Shown here: positions 1-9,589 of the stretch, piece by piece | Layout of the letters: each line of letters starts with the position of its first letter | How positions within the stretch are numbered: the stretch's first letter is position 1 | Source: an uncultured archaeon | Lineage (GTDB): Archaea; Asgardarchaeota; Lokiarchaeia; Sigyniarchaeales; SOKP01 | DNA length: 46,080 bases | Assembly: GCA_964388035.1 (NCBI GenBank) | Contig: CAYLZE010000033.1 | Span: forward strand, 1-46,080 | Reading direction: 5' to 3' | The notes under the pieces: generated by a model | Seen by the model: only the letters and a program-made list of their open reading frames with translations | Databases searched by the model: none | What the model was told of the DNA's origin: nothing | Program-made: the position numbers and the translations under genes

Positions 1-152
1 TCTAGTTCTGCATGTTATCTACATCATATTTGTAAGGGCATTCGGGCATGCATCCCGATATTTTTCAATTTTAAATAGGATTCTCAATTTCTATGATATT
101 GACTATTATTATAAACAAAAAATGTTTAAAAAATTAAAATTCGTGAATTAAC

Positions 153-500
153 ATGCCAAAATTATGGAAAAAAGAAGATGAGATAATATTTAATTCTCCC
201 AAAGACATCATGGGAGTTTCAGGGGACTTGATTCCTTCTGTTCAGAACTTTTTGATAAAGAAATACAGTTTTACTTCGCTCTCGCAAATAAAGGATATAA
301 AGAATCATTTATTGAAAAAGAAGATATTAATCCTTGATGCGGAAGAGTTATTTGGACAAAAAAGTGTTAATTTAGAAGATTTAAAAAAGGGTATTGAAGA
401 ACTCAAGGAATTCTTGAGTAAGAATGGAGGATCGATGGGGCGAATTGGGGATAAATATCTCATTTTAACTCCAAACTCCCACGTGAAAATATCTAATTAA
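153..500 (+). CDS. sepF: Archaeal-type cell division protein SepF (DUF552-like)
   Basis: 115 aa; C-terminal pattern ILILD...IEELK...GGSMGRIGDKYLILTP matches the archaeal SepF core. Confidence 0.7.
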   Translation: MPKLWKKEDEIIFNSPKDIMGVSGDLIPSVQNFLIKKYSFTSLSQIKDIKNHLLKKKILILDAEELFGQKSVNLEDLKKGIEELKEFLSKNGGSMGRIGDKYLILTPNSHVKISN

Positions 501-715
501 TTTTATTTTTTGCATTTTCTTTTTTTAAGAGGGATAAGATTACGTTTCTTAATTTAATCAAGCAAATCCATTATAGGATTAAAAAAGTAAAAGAAAATTC
601 CAATTTGAGGAAAATATTGAAATTGGTCTTTAATACCCAGATTACTATATAAAATTCATGATAAAAAATAGATGAATTAAATAAATACTAAATTCCCTAT
701 ACCATTATAAAAATT

Positions 716-2326
716 GTGATGGACTTACAAAGACCAAATTTCTTGCTCATCCTAGCAGATGATATGGGTTATTCTGATATTGGATGTTATGGTGGAGAAA
801 TTGATACACCTAATCTGGATAATTTAGCCGTTAATGGAATACGATTCACGCAATTTTATAATACTGCCCGTTGTTCGCCTTCGCGAGCATCATTATTAAC
901 GGGCTTACATCCTCACCAAACAGGCATAGGAATTTTAACCGATAACGACCTTCCTGAAGGATACGCGGGTGATTTGAATGATAAATGCATTACCATTGCC
1001 GAACTCTTAAAGGAGAATGGTTATGAAACGTATTTGAGTGGAAAATGGCACGTTTCCACGAGTAAGTATGAATCTAGCGATTCCTGGCCCATTCAGCGAG
1101 GATTTAATCATTTTTATGGCACAATTGTAGGAGCCGGAAGTTATTTTTATCCCAGGACTCTAACTCGCAATAATATCAGTATCGATGAGGAAGCTGAGAA
1201 TGACGAAAATTTTTACTACACGAATGCCATTAGTGAGAATGCGGTAAAATTTATCCAAAAACATCATGAAGAAAAGCCAAGCGCACCATTTTTCTTATAT
1301 GTTGCATATAGCGCCCCCCATTGGCCTTTGCATGCGAAAGAAGAAGACATCGCTAAATACAAAGGAAGATTTGACGCGGGATGGGACCAATTACGAAAAG
1401 AACGATTGGCTCGAATGGTTGATATGGGAATTATAGCGGATGAATGGAGATTATCTGAACGCGATCCTGATGCAACACCTTGGGAAAATGTGAATCATAA
1501 AGATTGGGAGCAGAGAAGAATGGAAGTATATGCTGCCCAAATTGACAGTATGGATCAAGGTATTGGAAAAATCATACAAGCCCTAGAGGTAAATGGATAT
1601 TTAAAGAATACTGTAACTCTTTTTCTCTCTGATAATGGGGGTTGTGCAGAGCCAATTGGAGCAGTAATGAAAAACTTAATGATTGGTGATGGGAGTGCCC
1701 GTGCAAAGACACGTGCAGGAAAACAGGTTAAATTTGGAAATAAGTGGAAAACATTTCCTGGATCAGAAGATACGTATCAAAGTTATGGCCTATCGTGGGC
1801 AAATCTTTCCAACACGCCTTTCCGAAAATTTAAGAAGTGGACACATGAGGGAGGAATAGCTACTCCCTTCATTATTCATTGGCCAGCGGGAATTAAAGCA
1901 ACGGGTGAATTACGTCATTTTCAAGCTCAACTCACGGATGTAATGGCAACCATAGTGGATATTACTAAAATTAAATATCCACAAAAAAATCACGGTAAAT
2001 CTATTTTGCCTTTAGAAGGGCTCAGTTTGGTACCAATTTTTAACAAGAAAGATAATGGAAAAGAGAAATTATTTTTTGAGCATGAAGGAAATGCTGCAGT
2101 GCGAGAAGGCAAATGGAAGTTAGTACGTGAATTTCCAAAAGCTTGGGAACTATACGATATGAATGCGGATCGAACTGAAACCCAGAATTTGATCAATCAA
2201 CATCCAGAACGAGCAAAAGACATGATAGATGCTTATGAAGCATGGGCTAGTCATTGTGGTGTCATTCCTCGTGAGCAAATTTTAGAATTTTATAGAAAAA
2301 AGTATCAAAAAAATCCCGAAACATAA
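716..2326 (+). CDS. Arylsulfatase (formylglycine-dependent, Cys type)
   Basis: RPNFLLILADDMGYSD start, CSPSRASLLTG (CxPxR) signature, GKWH, APHWPLH, SDNG. Confidence 0.95.
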   Translation: MMDLQRPNFLLILADDMGYSDIGCYGGEIDTPNLDNLAVNGIRFTQFYNTARCSPSRASLLTGLHPHQTGIGILTDNDLPEGYAGDLNDKCITIAELLKENGYETYLSGKWHVSTSKYESSDSWPIQRGFNHFYGTIVGAGSYFYPRTLTRNNISIDEEAENDENFYYTNAISENAVKFIQKHHEEKPSAPFFLYVAYSAPHWPLHAKEEDIAKYKGRFDAGWDQLRKERLARMVDMGIIADEWRLSERDPDATPWENVNHKDWEQRRMEVYAAQIDSMDQGIGKIIQALEVNGYLKNTVTLFLSDNGGCAEPIGAVMKNLMIGDGSARAKTRAGKQVKFGNKWKTFPGSEDTYQSYGLSWANLSNTPFRKFKKWTHEGGIATPFIIHWPAGIKATGELRHFQAQLTDVMATIVDITKIKYPQKNHGKSILPLEGLSLVPIFNKKDNGKEKLFFEHEGNAAVREGKWKLVREFPKAWELYDMNADRTETQNLINQHPERAKDMIDAYEAWASHCGVIPREQILEFYRKKYQKNPET

Positions 2327-2474
2327 AGTGGATTTAAAATTCGAATAATCTTCCTATGTTTAATGAATTTTTAATTAATTGGGATTTATTTTTAGAAGCT
2401 TTAAGAAATTAAATATTTAGCAATGACTAGATTTTAATACAGATTAGATTAATTCTTTAAAGTATTTTTATTCA

Positions 2475-2498
2475 TGTATACTTGTATACTTGTATACA
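2475..2498. promoter_or_regulatory. Triple GTATAC palindrome array; candidate toxin-antitoxin operator
   Basis: TGTATACT TGTATACT TGTATACA with 8-bp period, ending 24 bp upstream of the antitoxin ATG. Confidence 0.55.
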
Positions 2499-2522
2499 AA
2501 TTGTTAAAATTGAGGATTTTTT

Positions 2523-2747
2523 ATGAGTCCTTTTCGTATAGATAAGAAACAGGCAAATTATTTGGATAAATTAGGCAAATTGATAGAAGATGCTTTAGTT
2601 ACTGAGGGATTAAAAACATCAAATAATGAAATTCCAGTCGAAGAGGATATTGCATGGAAAGGATTAAACGATGTTTTTGATTTAGGAATAACTGATTTAT
2701 CTGAAAAAGTAGATGAGTTATTATACATGTTAAATCATGATGATTAA
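2523..2747 (+). CDS. Putative VapB-type antitoxin
   Basis: 74 aa acidic protein directly upstream of a PIN gene; C-terminal DLGITDLSEKVDELLY resembles archaeal antitoxin tails. Confidence 0.65.
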   Translation: MSPFRIDKKQANYLDKLGKLIEDALVTEGLKTSNNEIPVEEDIAWKGLNDVFDLGITDLSEKVDELLYMLNHDD

Positions 2748-2748
2748 T

Positions 2749-3300
2749 ATGTCTGTTTTCTTAGATACTGGATTCATTTTAGCGTTAAAAAATAGCGTGG
2801 ATAAAAATTTTGAAAGTACTCAATTTTGGATGAGGAGATTTTTGAAAAATGAATTTAGACAAATTTACACCTCATTTTTTATATTTAATGAACTTGTAAC
2901 TTTCACCCTAATTCGCATTAAAAATCCTAATTTTACGAAAAATATTAGAGAACACATTTTAATCAGCCAAAAAATAAATCTTTTAAATGTTGATCAAGAA
3001 GATTTTGATAATGCTTGTACTTATTTCTAAAAATATATTGAAATAAGGTTATCTTTCACTGATTGTATAATACTGGCTCAATGTAAACGAGTAAATTGCC
3101 AATTCCTTGCTACGTTTGATAATCATTTTAAAGGTTTAATAAATCAAATTTATCGTGAAAAAGTTAATAATTTTAATATCCCCTTAAGAAAAGCGATTTT
3201 ACATTTTAATAAAATTAGATCCCATCGAATCTTTAGCAATTATTTATTTTTTCCTTTTGTAAATTCTATTATTAATCCATTTAAAATTTTGGAAGATTGA
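2749..3300 (+). pseudogene. vapC: VapC/PIN toxin interrupted by in-frame TAA at 3028-3030
   Basis: N-terminal VFLDTG and IFNEL; after the stop the same frame reads KYIEIRLSFTDCIILAQCKRVNCQFLATFDNHF, the PIN C-terminal SFTD/TFD motifs; next stop TGA at 3298-3300. Confidence 0.85.
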
Positions 3301-3317
3301 ATGTATAAAGGGTTAGC

Positions 3318-4124
3318 TTATAGGATATCTCCCACTGAGGGTTCTACAATTGTAGCACCCCCATCAATGACGTATTCTGCTCCTGTAATATAGCTTGCTT
3401 CATCGGAAACTAAAAATAGAACTAAATTAGCAATCTCTTCGGGTTTTGCAGGTCTAGGGATGGGATGACTTAAAGGAGGATATAATGCGCCAAGATCTCT
3501 GCGTCCATCTTCAGGTTTCCACTCTTTATCAGAGGTATCTACATCTCCAGGAAGAACAGCATTAACATTTATATTATATTCACCTAATTCTAAAGCTAAC
3601 GCTTTTGTGAAGGCAGACACGGCACCTTTAGAGGCAGCATAAGCTGAGGAATATCTATAGACAGTTAGAGGTCCCGTAATTGATGAAATATTGACGATTT
3701 TGCCGTATTTTTTTTTTACCATTTCTGGCACCACGAATTTACAGCAATTTACTGTAGTTCTAAGATTTCGATCCATGACCATATCCCAGTATTCCAGCGA
3801 CATTTCTAAGAAAGAAGGACGTGGGGGTACGGACTTACCTGCGACATTGGCAAGAATATCAATTCCTTCATATTTTCTTAGAATTTTGCTAATCATATCT
3901 TTTACTAAGTCAGGTCTCGTTAGATCTACTTTATATCCAATTGCTTTACCTCCCTCTTTTAGAATCTCATTTACACGCTCAGTTACTATATCCATTATAT
4001 CGATACAAATTACAATCGCTCCTTCTTGAGCAAACTTCTTTGCTACAGCATATCCAATGCCTCTAGGACGAGAAACACCCGTGATAATAGCTATTTTTCC
4101 TTCTAATCTTTTTATATCTCTCAC
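3318..4124 (-). CDS. Short-chain dehydrogenase/reductase (classical SDR)
   Basis: IAIITGVSRPRGIG, NVAG, NISS, YAASK catalytic motif, NAVLPG, IDGG. Confidence 0.95.
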   Translation of the reverse strand: MRDIKRLEGKIAIITGVSRPRGIGYAVAKKFAQEGAIVICIDIMDIVTERVNEILKEGGKAIGYKVDLTRPDLVKDMISKILRKYEGIDILANVAGKSVPPRPSFLEMSLEYWDMVMDRNLRTTVNCCKFVVPEMVKKKYGKIVNISSITGPLTVYRYSSAYAASKGAVSAFTKALALELGEYNINVNAVLPGDVDTSDKEWKPEDGRRDLGALYPPLSHPIPRPAKPEEIANLVLFLVSDEASYITGAEYVIDGGATIVEPSVGDIL

Positions 4125-4334
4125 CTAAAATATTTCTTTTAATATATGTGAAGATATTTTAACTTAGGTATCGGAAATTATAATATTTTTTTCTTTGATT
4201 TTTCCCTTCTTTTTAAACGAACTCTAACAGTATTATAATAAGAAATAGTTGAAAAAGAAACACAGAGAATAATTGATCTTACCGTAATTAAATTACTAAA
4301 TTTTTTTATTTTCATCGAATTTAATCCAATAATT

Positions 4335-5300
4335 ATGAGTAAATTGAATAATTATTCTTGGAAATATGCAGATAGCTATGAATACATGGAAAGAGTGATG
4401 AAAATGCCACCTTGTATCATAGTTTGTGCAGTAAATGGAGGAATACAAGGAAAGGAAACTAATCCTGCTATTCCCGAAACTCCCGATGAAATTGCCGAAT
4501 CCGTATATGGAGCATATAAGGCGGGAGCATCCATGGTTCATATTCATGCCCGAAATCCTGAAAAATTATGGGGGGGTTCCACAAAGGCGAAAATTTGGCT
4601 TGAAGTAAACTCAAAAGTCCGTGTTAAATGCCCTGATATTATTATTAATAACACGACAGGAGGTGGTGTTGACTCCACGATGGAAGATAGACTTTCATGC
4701 TTAGATGCGAATCCCGAAGTTTGCTCCCTAAATGTGGTACCGGATATGAGTAGATTTAAGGTAAAAGAAAGAAAATCCCCATTACCACACCCTCATCCTG
4801 AGCTCCTTTTCGATGAGACTATTGGTTTTTCTTATAAAAACATCACGCACTTTGCAAAAGAAATGAAAAAGCGGGGAATAAAACCAGAAATAGAAACTTA
4901 TCACTCTGGTGGTGCTTGGGTGTTTAATGATTTGATTCAACAAGGATTAATAGATAAACCCTATTGGATTCAAACCGTGATGGGATATCAAACATCCAGT
5001 TATCCTACCGTTGAAAATGTAATTCAATTATTAAAAGAATTACCTAAGGATTCGTTATGGTTATGTTCTGGGATTGGCCCTCATCAGCTTCCCATGACAA
5101 CCCTTGCAATAATTATGGGGGGACACGTAAGAGTTGGGTTGGAAGATAACGTGTACTATAAACGAGGAGAATTAGCCAAGAGTAATGCACAATTAGTCGA
5201 AAGAGCCGTTAGACTCATAAAAGAATTAAATCGTGAAGTTGCAACACCCTCAAAAGCACGAGAAATGTTAAAAATTTCTCAAAAACCTTCTCAATATTAA
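4335..5300 (+). CDS. Beta-keto acid cleavage enzyme (BKACE/DUF849, Kce family)
   Basis: AGASMVHIHAR Zn-binding HxH, TTGGG, KPEIE, GGHVRVGLEDN, REVATP. Confidence 0.93.
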   Translation: MSKLNNYSWKYADSYEYMERVMKMPPCIIVCAVNGGIQGKETNPAIPETPDEIAESVYGAYKAGASMVHIHARNPEKLWGGSTKAKIWLEVNSKVRVKCPDIIINNTTGGGVDSTMEDRLSCLDANPEVCSLNVVPDMSRFKVKERKSPLPHPHPELLFDETIGFSYKNITHFAKEMKKRGIKPEIETYHSGGAWVFNDLIQQGLIDKPYWIQTVMGYQTSSYPTVENVIQLLKELPKDSLWLCSGIGPHQLPMTTLAIIMGGHVRVGLEDNVYYKRGELAKSNAQLVERAVRLIKELNREVATPSKAREMLKISQKPSQY

Positions 5301-5360
5301 AGGATTCAGTTAAGTGAAATTAGTGCTTAGTTATTTTAAAAAAAGTAAAATATGAGCTAA

Positions 5361-6626
5361 TTATTGTTTTTTTCGCTTCTCCAAAAGTTCAATGAAGCTT
5401 TCAATTTGATTAGAAATTTGCTCTTCATTGAATTTTCTTGGATCGTTCATATCCGCATTGATGATTAAGCAGGGAATATCATATTCCTCTAATAAATGTT
5501 TTTTCAAGTCGTATAAACCGCAAGAATTTGGTCTGCAAGATAAATTTTCATGTAATAACACCCCATCAATCTTCCATTCTTTCACGGTCTCGGCGAACTT
5601 CTTGATCCTTGTCTTTAAATCATAGATATACCAGAAACTCAGAAAAAGTTCAGACATGGTATCAATCGGATCCTTTAGGAGCCTTTCTTTTGTTACATTT
5701 GGATTCATAAATTTCGAAAAGGCGTACGTATACGGCTCATAAACGATGATCGCCCCATATTTTTCCAAAGTCGAGAAATACTTCAACGCGTACCAGAAGG
5801 GGATTCCTTCAAACATCAAGCGATATTTTTCTTCATCTAATGCTCCAATGCCATTATCCACCCGATATTTAGCTTCCTTGTACATTTTCTTGTACAGTTT
5901 GATTGGCTCCTTTAATCCGGGCATGGTAAATAAGGGAAATAGTCCTCCAAAGGTATCCCGCGTGGATATTGGACAGGGAACTACTTTTCTTAAATTATAA
6001 ATATCCTGCCAAACCATTCCTAAATCCCAAGAATTCAAGGTTACTTCTCTTGCTTTTTCTTCATTATATTCATGTCCCGTGACTTCTTGGATGAAATCAA
6101 TTAATTCGATAAGCTGTTCCTTCACATAATTTTTAAAATATTGATACTGTCTCTGATTAGAATTACTAACTATGTGTGGAACGTCGATACTATAATGGGG
6201 AACATTGAGTCTTTCCGCTTGCACTTCAAACCAATTGACATGGGTATCGCATATAACATCAGTAGATAGCATGAAGGTAGGTTTCCTCGTCCCACCTTTA
6301 CTCATGTCTGCGTTATCTATGACGGCACCCACATTTGTTTTAAAATAAGAACACAGATCATAAGAAAATCCTTCTTGCTCTGCTAACTCAATGAATCCTT
6401 GAGCATATTTCTGCGCTGCGGAAACGGTAGCAGAGTTTTCAGGAAGCATGGGTTGCACATCCATCATGTACAAGAACTCTACTGGACTTCCTGAAGTAGC
6501 CCAAGCAGTAGGATTTCCATCACGATAAGCTTGTTCAATAGCTAAAAAGTGACGGCCCATGATGTTTTTCAAGCCCTGCGTGGCGTTGAGCATTTTTCCT
6601 GATTTACTCATTTTTTTTTCACTCAT
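5361..6626 (-). CDS. 2-hydroxyacyl-CoA dehydratase / benzoyl-CoA reductase-family subunit (HgdA/FldB/BzdO-like)
   Basis: PENSA, DLCSY, ICDT, SCRP Fe-S cysteines, DMNDPR; start placed at the MSEKK ATG after a GAGGGAG SD. Confidence 0.88.
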   Translation of the reverse strand: MSEKKMSKSGKMLNATQGLKNIMGRHFLAIEQAYRDGNPTAWATSGSPVEFLYMMDVQPMLPENSATVSAAQKYAQGFIELAEQEGFSYDLCSYFKTNVGAVIDNADMSKGGTRKPTFMLSTDVICDTHVNWFEVQAERLNVPHYSIDVPHIVSNSNQRQYQYFKNYVKEQLIELIDFIQEVTGHEYNEEKAREVTLNSWDLGMVWQDIYNLRKVVPCPISTRDTFGGLFPLFTMPGLKEPIKLYKKMYKEAKYRVDNGIGALDEEKYRLMFEGIPFWYALKYFSTLEKYGAIIVYEPYTYAFSKFMNPNVTKERLLKDPIDTMSELFLSFWYIYDLKTRIKKFAETVKEWKIDGVLLHENLSCRPNSCGLYDLKKHLLEEYDIPCLIINADMNDPRKFNEEQISNQIESFIELLEKRKKQ

Positions 6627-6637
6627 TGCTATCTCCC

Positions 6638-7675
6638 TCATATCATTTCAGCAAAGGCTGAAAATCTCGTTGATAATTGTTTATATGATTCTCGACTATA
6701 CGTCATTTCTACAAAAAGGTAAGGAATTTCAAGTTCTTTAAAGTTCTTATTTAAAAAAGGATGATCGTACAAAACAGGCTCGCAAAATTTCTGCGCGATA
6801 TTAACCACTCCATCTATCTGATAATTGTCTAAATAGTTCTTTAATACGTCAAATCTTTTATAAGCTGGAAATTTCGTAGAATATATTGGTTTAGATAAAT
6901 GATAAGTAGCTAACGCATGAAGAGGATCGGTATTTTCTTCTACAGTATTCCAAAAATACTTGGTTCCCACGCATAAATCATCGATTACTATGTGAAATCC
7001 CAAATCCTCGAGGTATTTAATGAACTCTGTATCATCTATATCGGATCCTGTCAGTAATATGTTCTTGAACCTCTCATGAGCAAATGATGCTCTTTCCTTA
7101 ACCTCCTCTAGCTTTTTATTTAAATTATTTAATACCTCATCTTTATCATTCATCTGAGCTGATTTTACCAGAGCATGCAATTCAGATCCCTTGATTTTAA
7201 ATTCTTTCCTAAATCCCGAAATTTCTTTCAATAATCGTCTTATTTTATTCATCTTAACGATCGCCGCATTAATACCATCCGATGTAATTTTAACCCTTAA
7301 TTTCTCTTCCATCTGGGTGATTAGCTCTTTCATATCTGTTATAAAGAAATTTAATGCCGCTTCACCCCGTTTTCTCGGAGAATTCAGGAAGAACATGAAA
7401 TCTAAATCCAAGCATTCCAACCAGATATCAAATTCCCTATTGGTTCTATCACAGCCGTGCGTGGCAATAATTCCTGCTAAATCTTCATATTTTCCTTTTA
7501 ATCCCTGTTCTAGAAGGTTTCTGGTCCACACACAGTGGGTGGGGGGAATGTGTTCATTTGCCTTATCCGGCTGAATGGTGGGATCTCCAAATAATCTATG
7601 TGGAATGAAGCCCCCCGCCATTACAATTTCTTCGGGTGTTTCTACCCCACTATCAAATAAGCCAATTCTTTTCAT
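6638..7675 (-). CDS. 2-hydroxyacyl-CoA dehydratase / benzoyl-CoA reductase-family subunit (HgdB/FldC/BzdN-like)
   Basis: PEEIVMAGG, HCVW, GCD, DDLCVG, KFCEP, QLSTRFSAFAEM. Confidence 0.88.
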   Translation of the reverse strand: MKRIGLFDSGVETPEEIVMAGGFIPHRLFGDPTIQPDKANEHIPPTHCVWTRNLLEQGLKGKYEDLAGIIATHGCDRTNREFDIWLECLDLDFMFFLNSPRKRGEAALNFFITDMKELITQMEEKLRVKITSDGINAAIVKMNKIRRLLKEISGFRKEFKIKGSELHALVKSAQMNDKDEVLNNLNKKLEEVKERASFAHERFKNILLTGSDIDDTEFIKYLEDLGFHIVIDDLCVGTKYFWNTVEENTDPLHALATYHLSKPIYSTKFPAYKRFDVLKNYLDNYQIDGVVNIAQKFCEPVLYDHPFLNKNFKELEIPYLFVEMTYSRESYKQLSTRFSAFAEMI

Positions 7676-7853
7676 CGTTATTTCAGAAATTATTAATTTT
7701 TTTAACCCACTTTGAAACGTTTTTATTGTTTACTTAAAATTCGGGAAAACATAAAAAATTTTCAAAAGAGAAAAATAAATATTAAATTTATGCAATTACT
7801 TCCTTATAAGGATTCCCTATTGAACATGTAAATTGTAAATCAAAAAAAGTTAA

Positions 7854-8396
7854 TTATTTCTTTCCGCGTTCTTGTTTATATCTCTCAATGGATTCTAATA
7901 TTAGTGCTTCTGCCTTTTCCTTTCCTTCCCATTTAATGATATCTGCCCATCTTTCTGGAGCGTTCAACTTTTTATATTCTTCAAAGAAATGAGTAATTCC
8001 GCGAAGCCAGAATTCTCCCAAATCTTGAAATGATTTGATGTTCTCGAGCCTTGGTTCTCTTAAAGCAATAGCCAATACTTTATCATCAATCCCCTTCTCA
8101 TCGCGCATTCGAGCCACGGCAATGGGTCGGACTTCAAGCACGCATCCGGAAAAAGTACTTTCATATAAAAAGACTAACACATCTAACGCGTCACCATCTT
8201 CGCTTTTTGTTTGGGGAAAAAATCCATAATCGAGAGGATAACCAAAAGGAGAGGGAAGTACTCGATCGAGAAAAAAATAACCTTCTTCTTCCAAGTATTC
8301 ATATTTATTACGGGATCTCATGGGTATCTCAATCACGGCGTACATGTTATTCGGTGGATCTCGCCCAGGGATTATATCTTTTACGAGGTTTGTCAT
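7854..8396 (-). CDS. ppa: Family I inorganic pyrophosphatase
   Basis: IEIP, NKYE, LDR, YPLDYGF, DGDALD, DDK, FFEEYK. Confidence 0.96.
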   Translation of the reverse strand: MTNLVKDIIPGRDPPNNMYAVIEIPMRSRNKYEYLEEEGYFFLDRVLPSPFGYPLDYGFFPQTKSEDGDALDVLVFLYESTFSGCVLEVRPIAVARMRDEKGIDDKVLAIALREPRLENIKSFQDLGEFWLRGITHFFEEYKKLNAPERWADIIKWEGKEKAEALILESIERYKQERGKK

Positions 8397-8851
8397 TTTA
8401 TTTGCTTATATTTATTCTTTTTTAAGACATTTTTTTAACTATTTTATTATCTATTTTTATTTCTCTATTGCATCTTACTCCTCAGATAGGATATGTGATT
8501 GGAGCAAAAGGTTATGTTGCACTTTTCATGTTAACATTTCTCTCATTATTCTAACAAGAATAAAGATATAAATGATTTATATAAAAATTATAAATATCAT
8601 CAATTAGTTTGACTATCTTTGAGATTCTTAATCATTTATCGCATTATATATTAATTTCTTTTAACATCAAATAATAAAGGTGGAAAATAAGTCCCAAATA
8701 TTGGAATAAGTAGTTCCAAAAAGGAGAATAATAATATTTTTATATCAAGATTACTCGAAATCAGAAATTTTATTTGGTTTCCTTTCTTATTTTTCACATA
8801 TAAAGTCTTTTATAGCTCATATCGTTAATAATATTTTCATCGGAGATTTGA

Positions 8852-9052
8852 ATGGGAAAAGGAACACCAAGCAAGGGAAGAAAAAATAAAGCCGCTTCAC
8901 ATAAGACATGTAGAAGATGCGGACACCATTCCTTTCATAGAAGGAAAAGGTATTGTTAGTACTGCGGATTCGGACGATCTGCAAAATAACGACAACCCGG
9001 TTGGAGAAATCGTCATCGACCATTAAACGGTACTAAGAGTTTTTATAGATAA
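8852..9052 (+). pseudogene. rpl37e: Ribosomal protein L37e with two in-frame stops (TAG 8957-8959, TAA 8987-8989)
   Basis: Manual translation [64 protein letters not shown] matches the L37e signature KGTPS..H..CRRCG..SFH....C..CGFG; GGAG SD-like motif upstream. Confidence 0.9.
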
Positions 9053-9133
9053 TATTTACTTCTTTTTTTAATCTTGAATAGTTAATGTGGAAAAATTATT
9101 AATTCAGATTAATAACAATAGAATATTATCAAT

Positions 9134-9454
9134 TTATTCAGAGTCTTCCTCTGGTTCTTCTCTATACATCTTTCTATCTTCCTCATCTTCGATTTCGGTA
9201 AAGATAAGCTTTTCTCTCTCTTGACCGATAAAAATGATCGATGCTCCTCGGATCATGATGGTTCCTAAATCTTTACTTCGTTTTCCTCCCCTGCCGAAAT
9301 AAATCTCTTTAGCATTCTTCACGATGAGGTTCATGTAATTGTCAAAACGAATTAATCTTCCTGTTATGTAAGTATTCCATATTTTTAGTTTTATTCGAAC
9401 CTCATCCTTTAAAATAGCTTTGCTTAACGTTGATCTTATCGTATTTTGAGACAT
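9134..9454 (-). CDS. Sm/Lsm family RNA-binding protein with acidic C-terminal tail
   Basis: Sm1 motif GRLIRFDNYMNLIVKNAKE, Sm2 motif LGTIMIRGASI; GAGGAG SD. Confidence 0.92.
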   Translation of the reverse strand: MSQNTIRSTLSKAILKDEVRIKLKIWNTYITGRLIRFDNYMNLIVKNAKEIYFGRGGKRSKDLGTIMIRGASIIFIGQEREKLIFTEIEDEEDRKMYREEPEEDSE

Positions 9455-9589
9455 TCTGATTAATCTCCTCCGATCTAAAAATTATATAATTATTAAAAAG
9501 TGAAAATCAATTATGTATATTATAAGAAGAAATCAACTAAAATATAAATAATTCACTAAACAATTATTCATAATAAGAGAATTTCTATA

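Noticed and set aside
1-152. Partial gene at the window start
   Set aside because: The frames I checked on both strands gave no recognisable protein
2475-2498. CRISPR-like or microsatellite repeat
   Set aside because: Only three 8-bp units without spacers; better explained as an operator
8461-8550. Possible C/D box sRNA upstream of ppa (minus strand ends in CTGA)
   Set aside because: No good RTGATGA C box and no terminal stem
8817-9023. 68-aa minus-strand ORF from the track
   Set aside because: Shadow of the interrupted rpl37e on the plus strand; no recognisable motifs
2749-9052. Genome-wide stop-codon reassignment (TAA/TAG) or pyrrolysine to explain the broken vapC and rpl37e
   Set aside because: TAA and TAG end many neighbouring full-length genes at the expected positions; no pyl genes in the window
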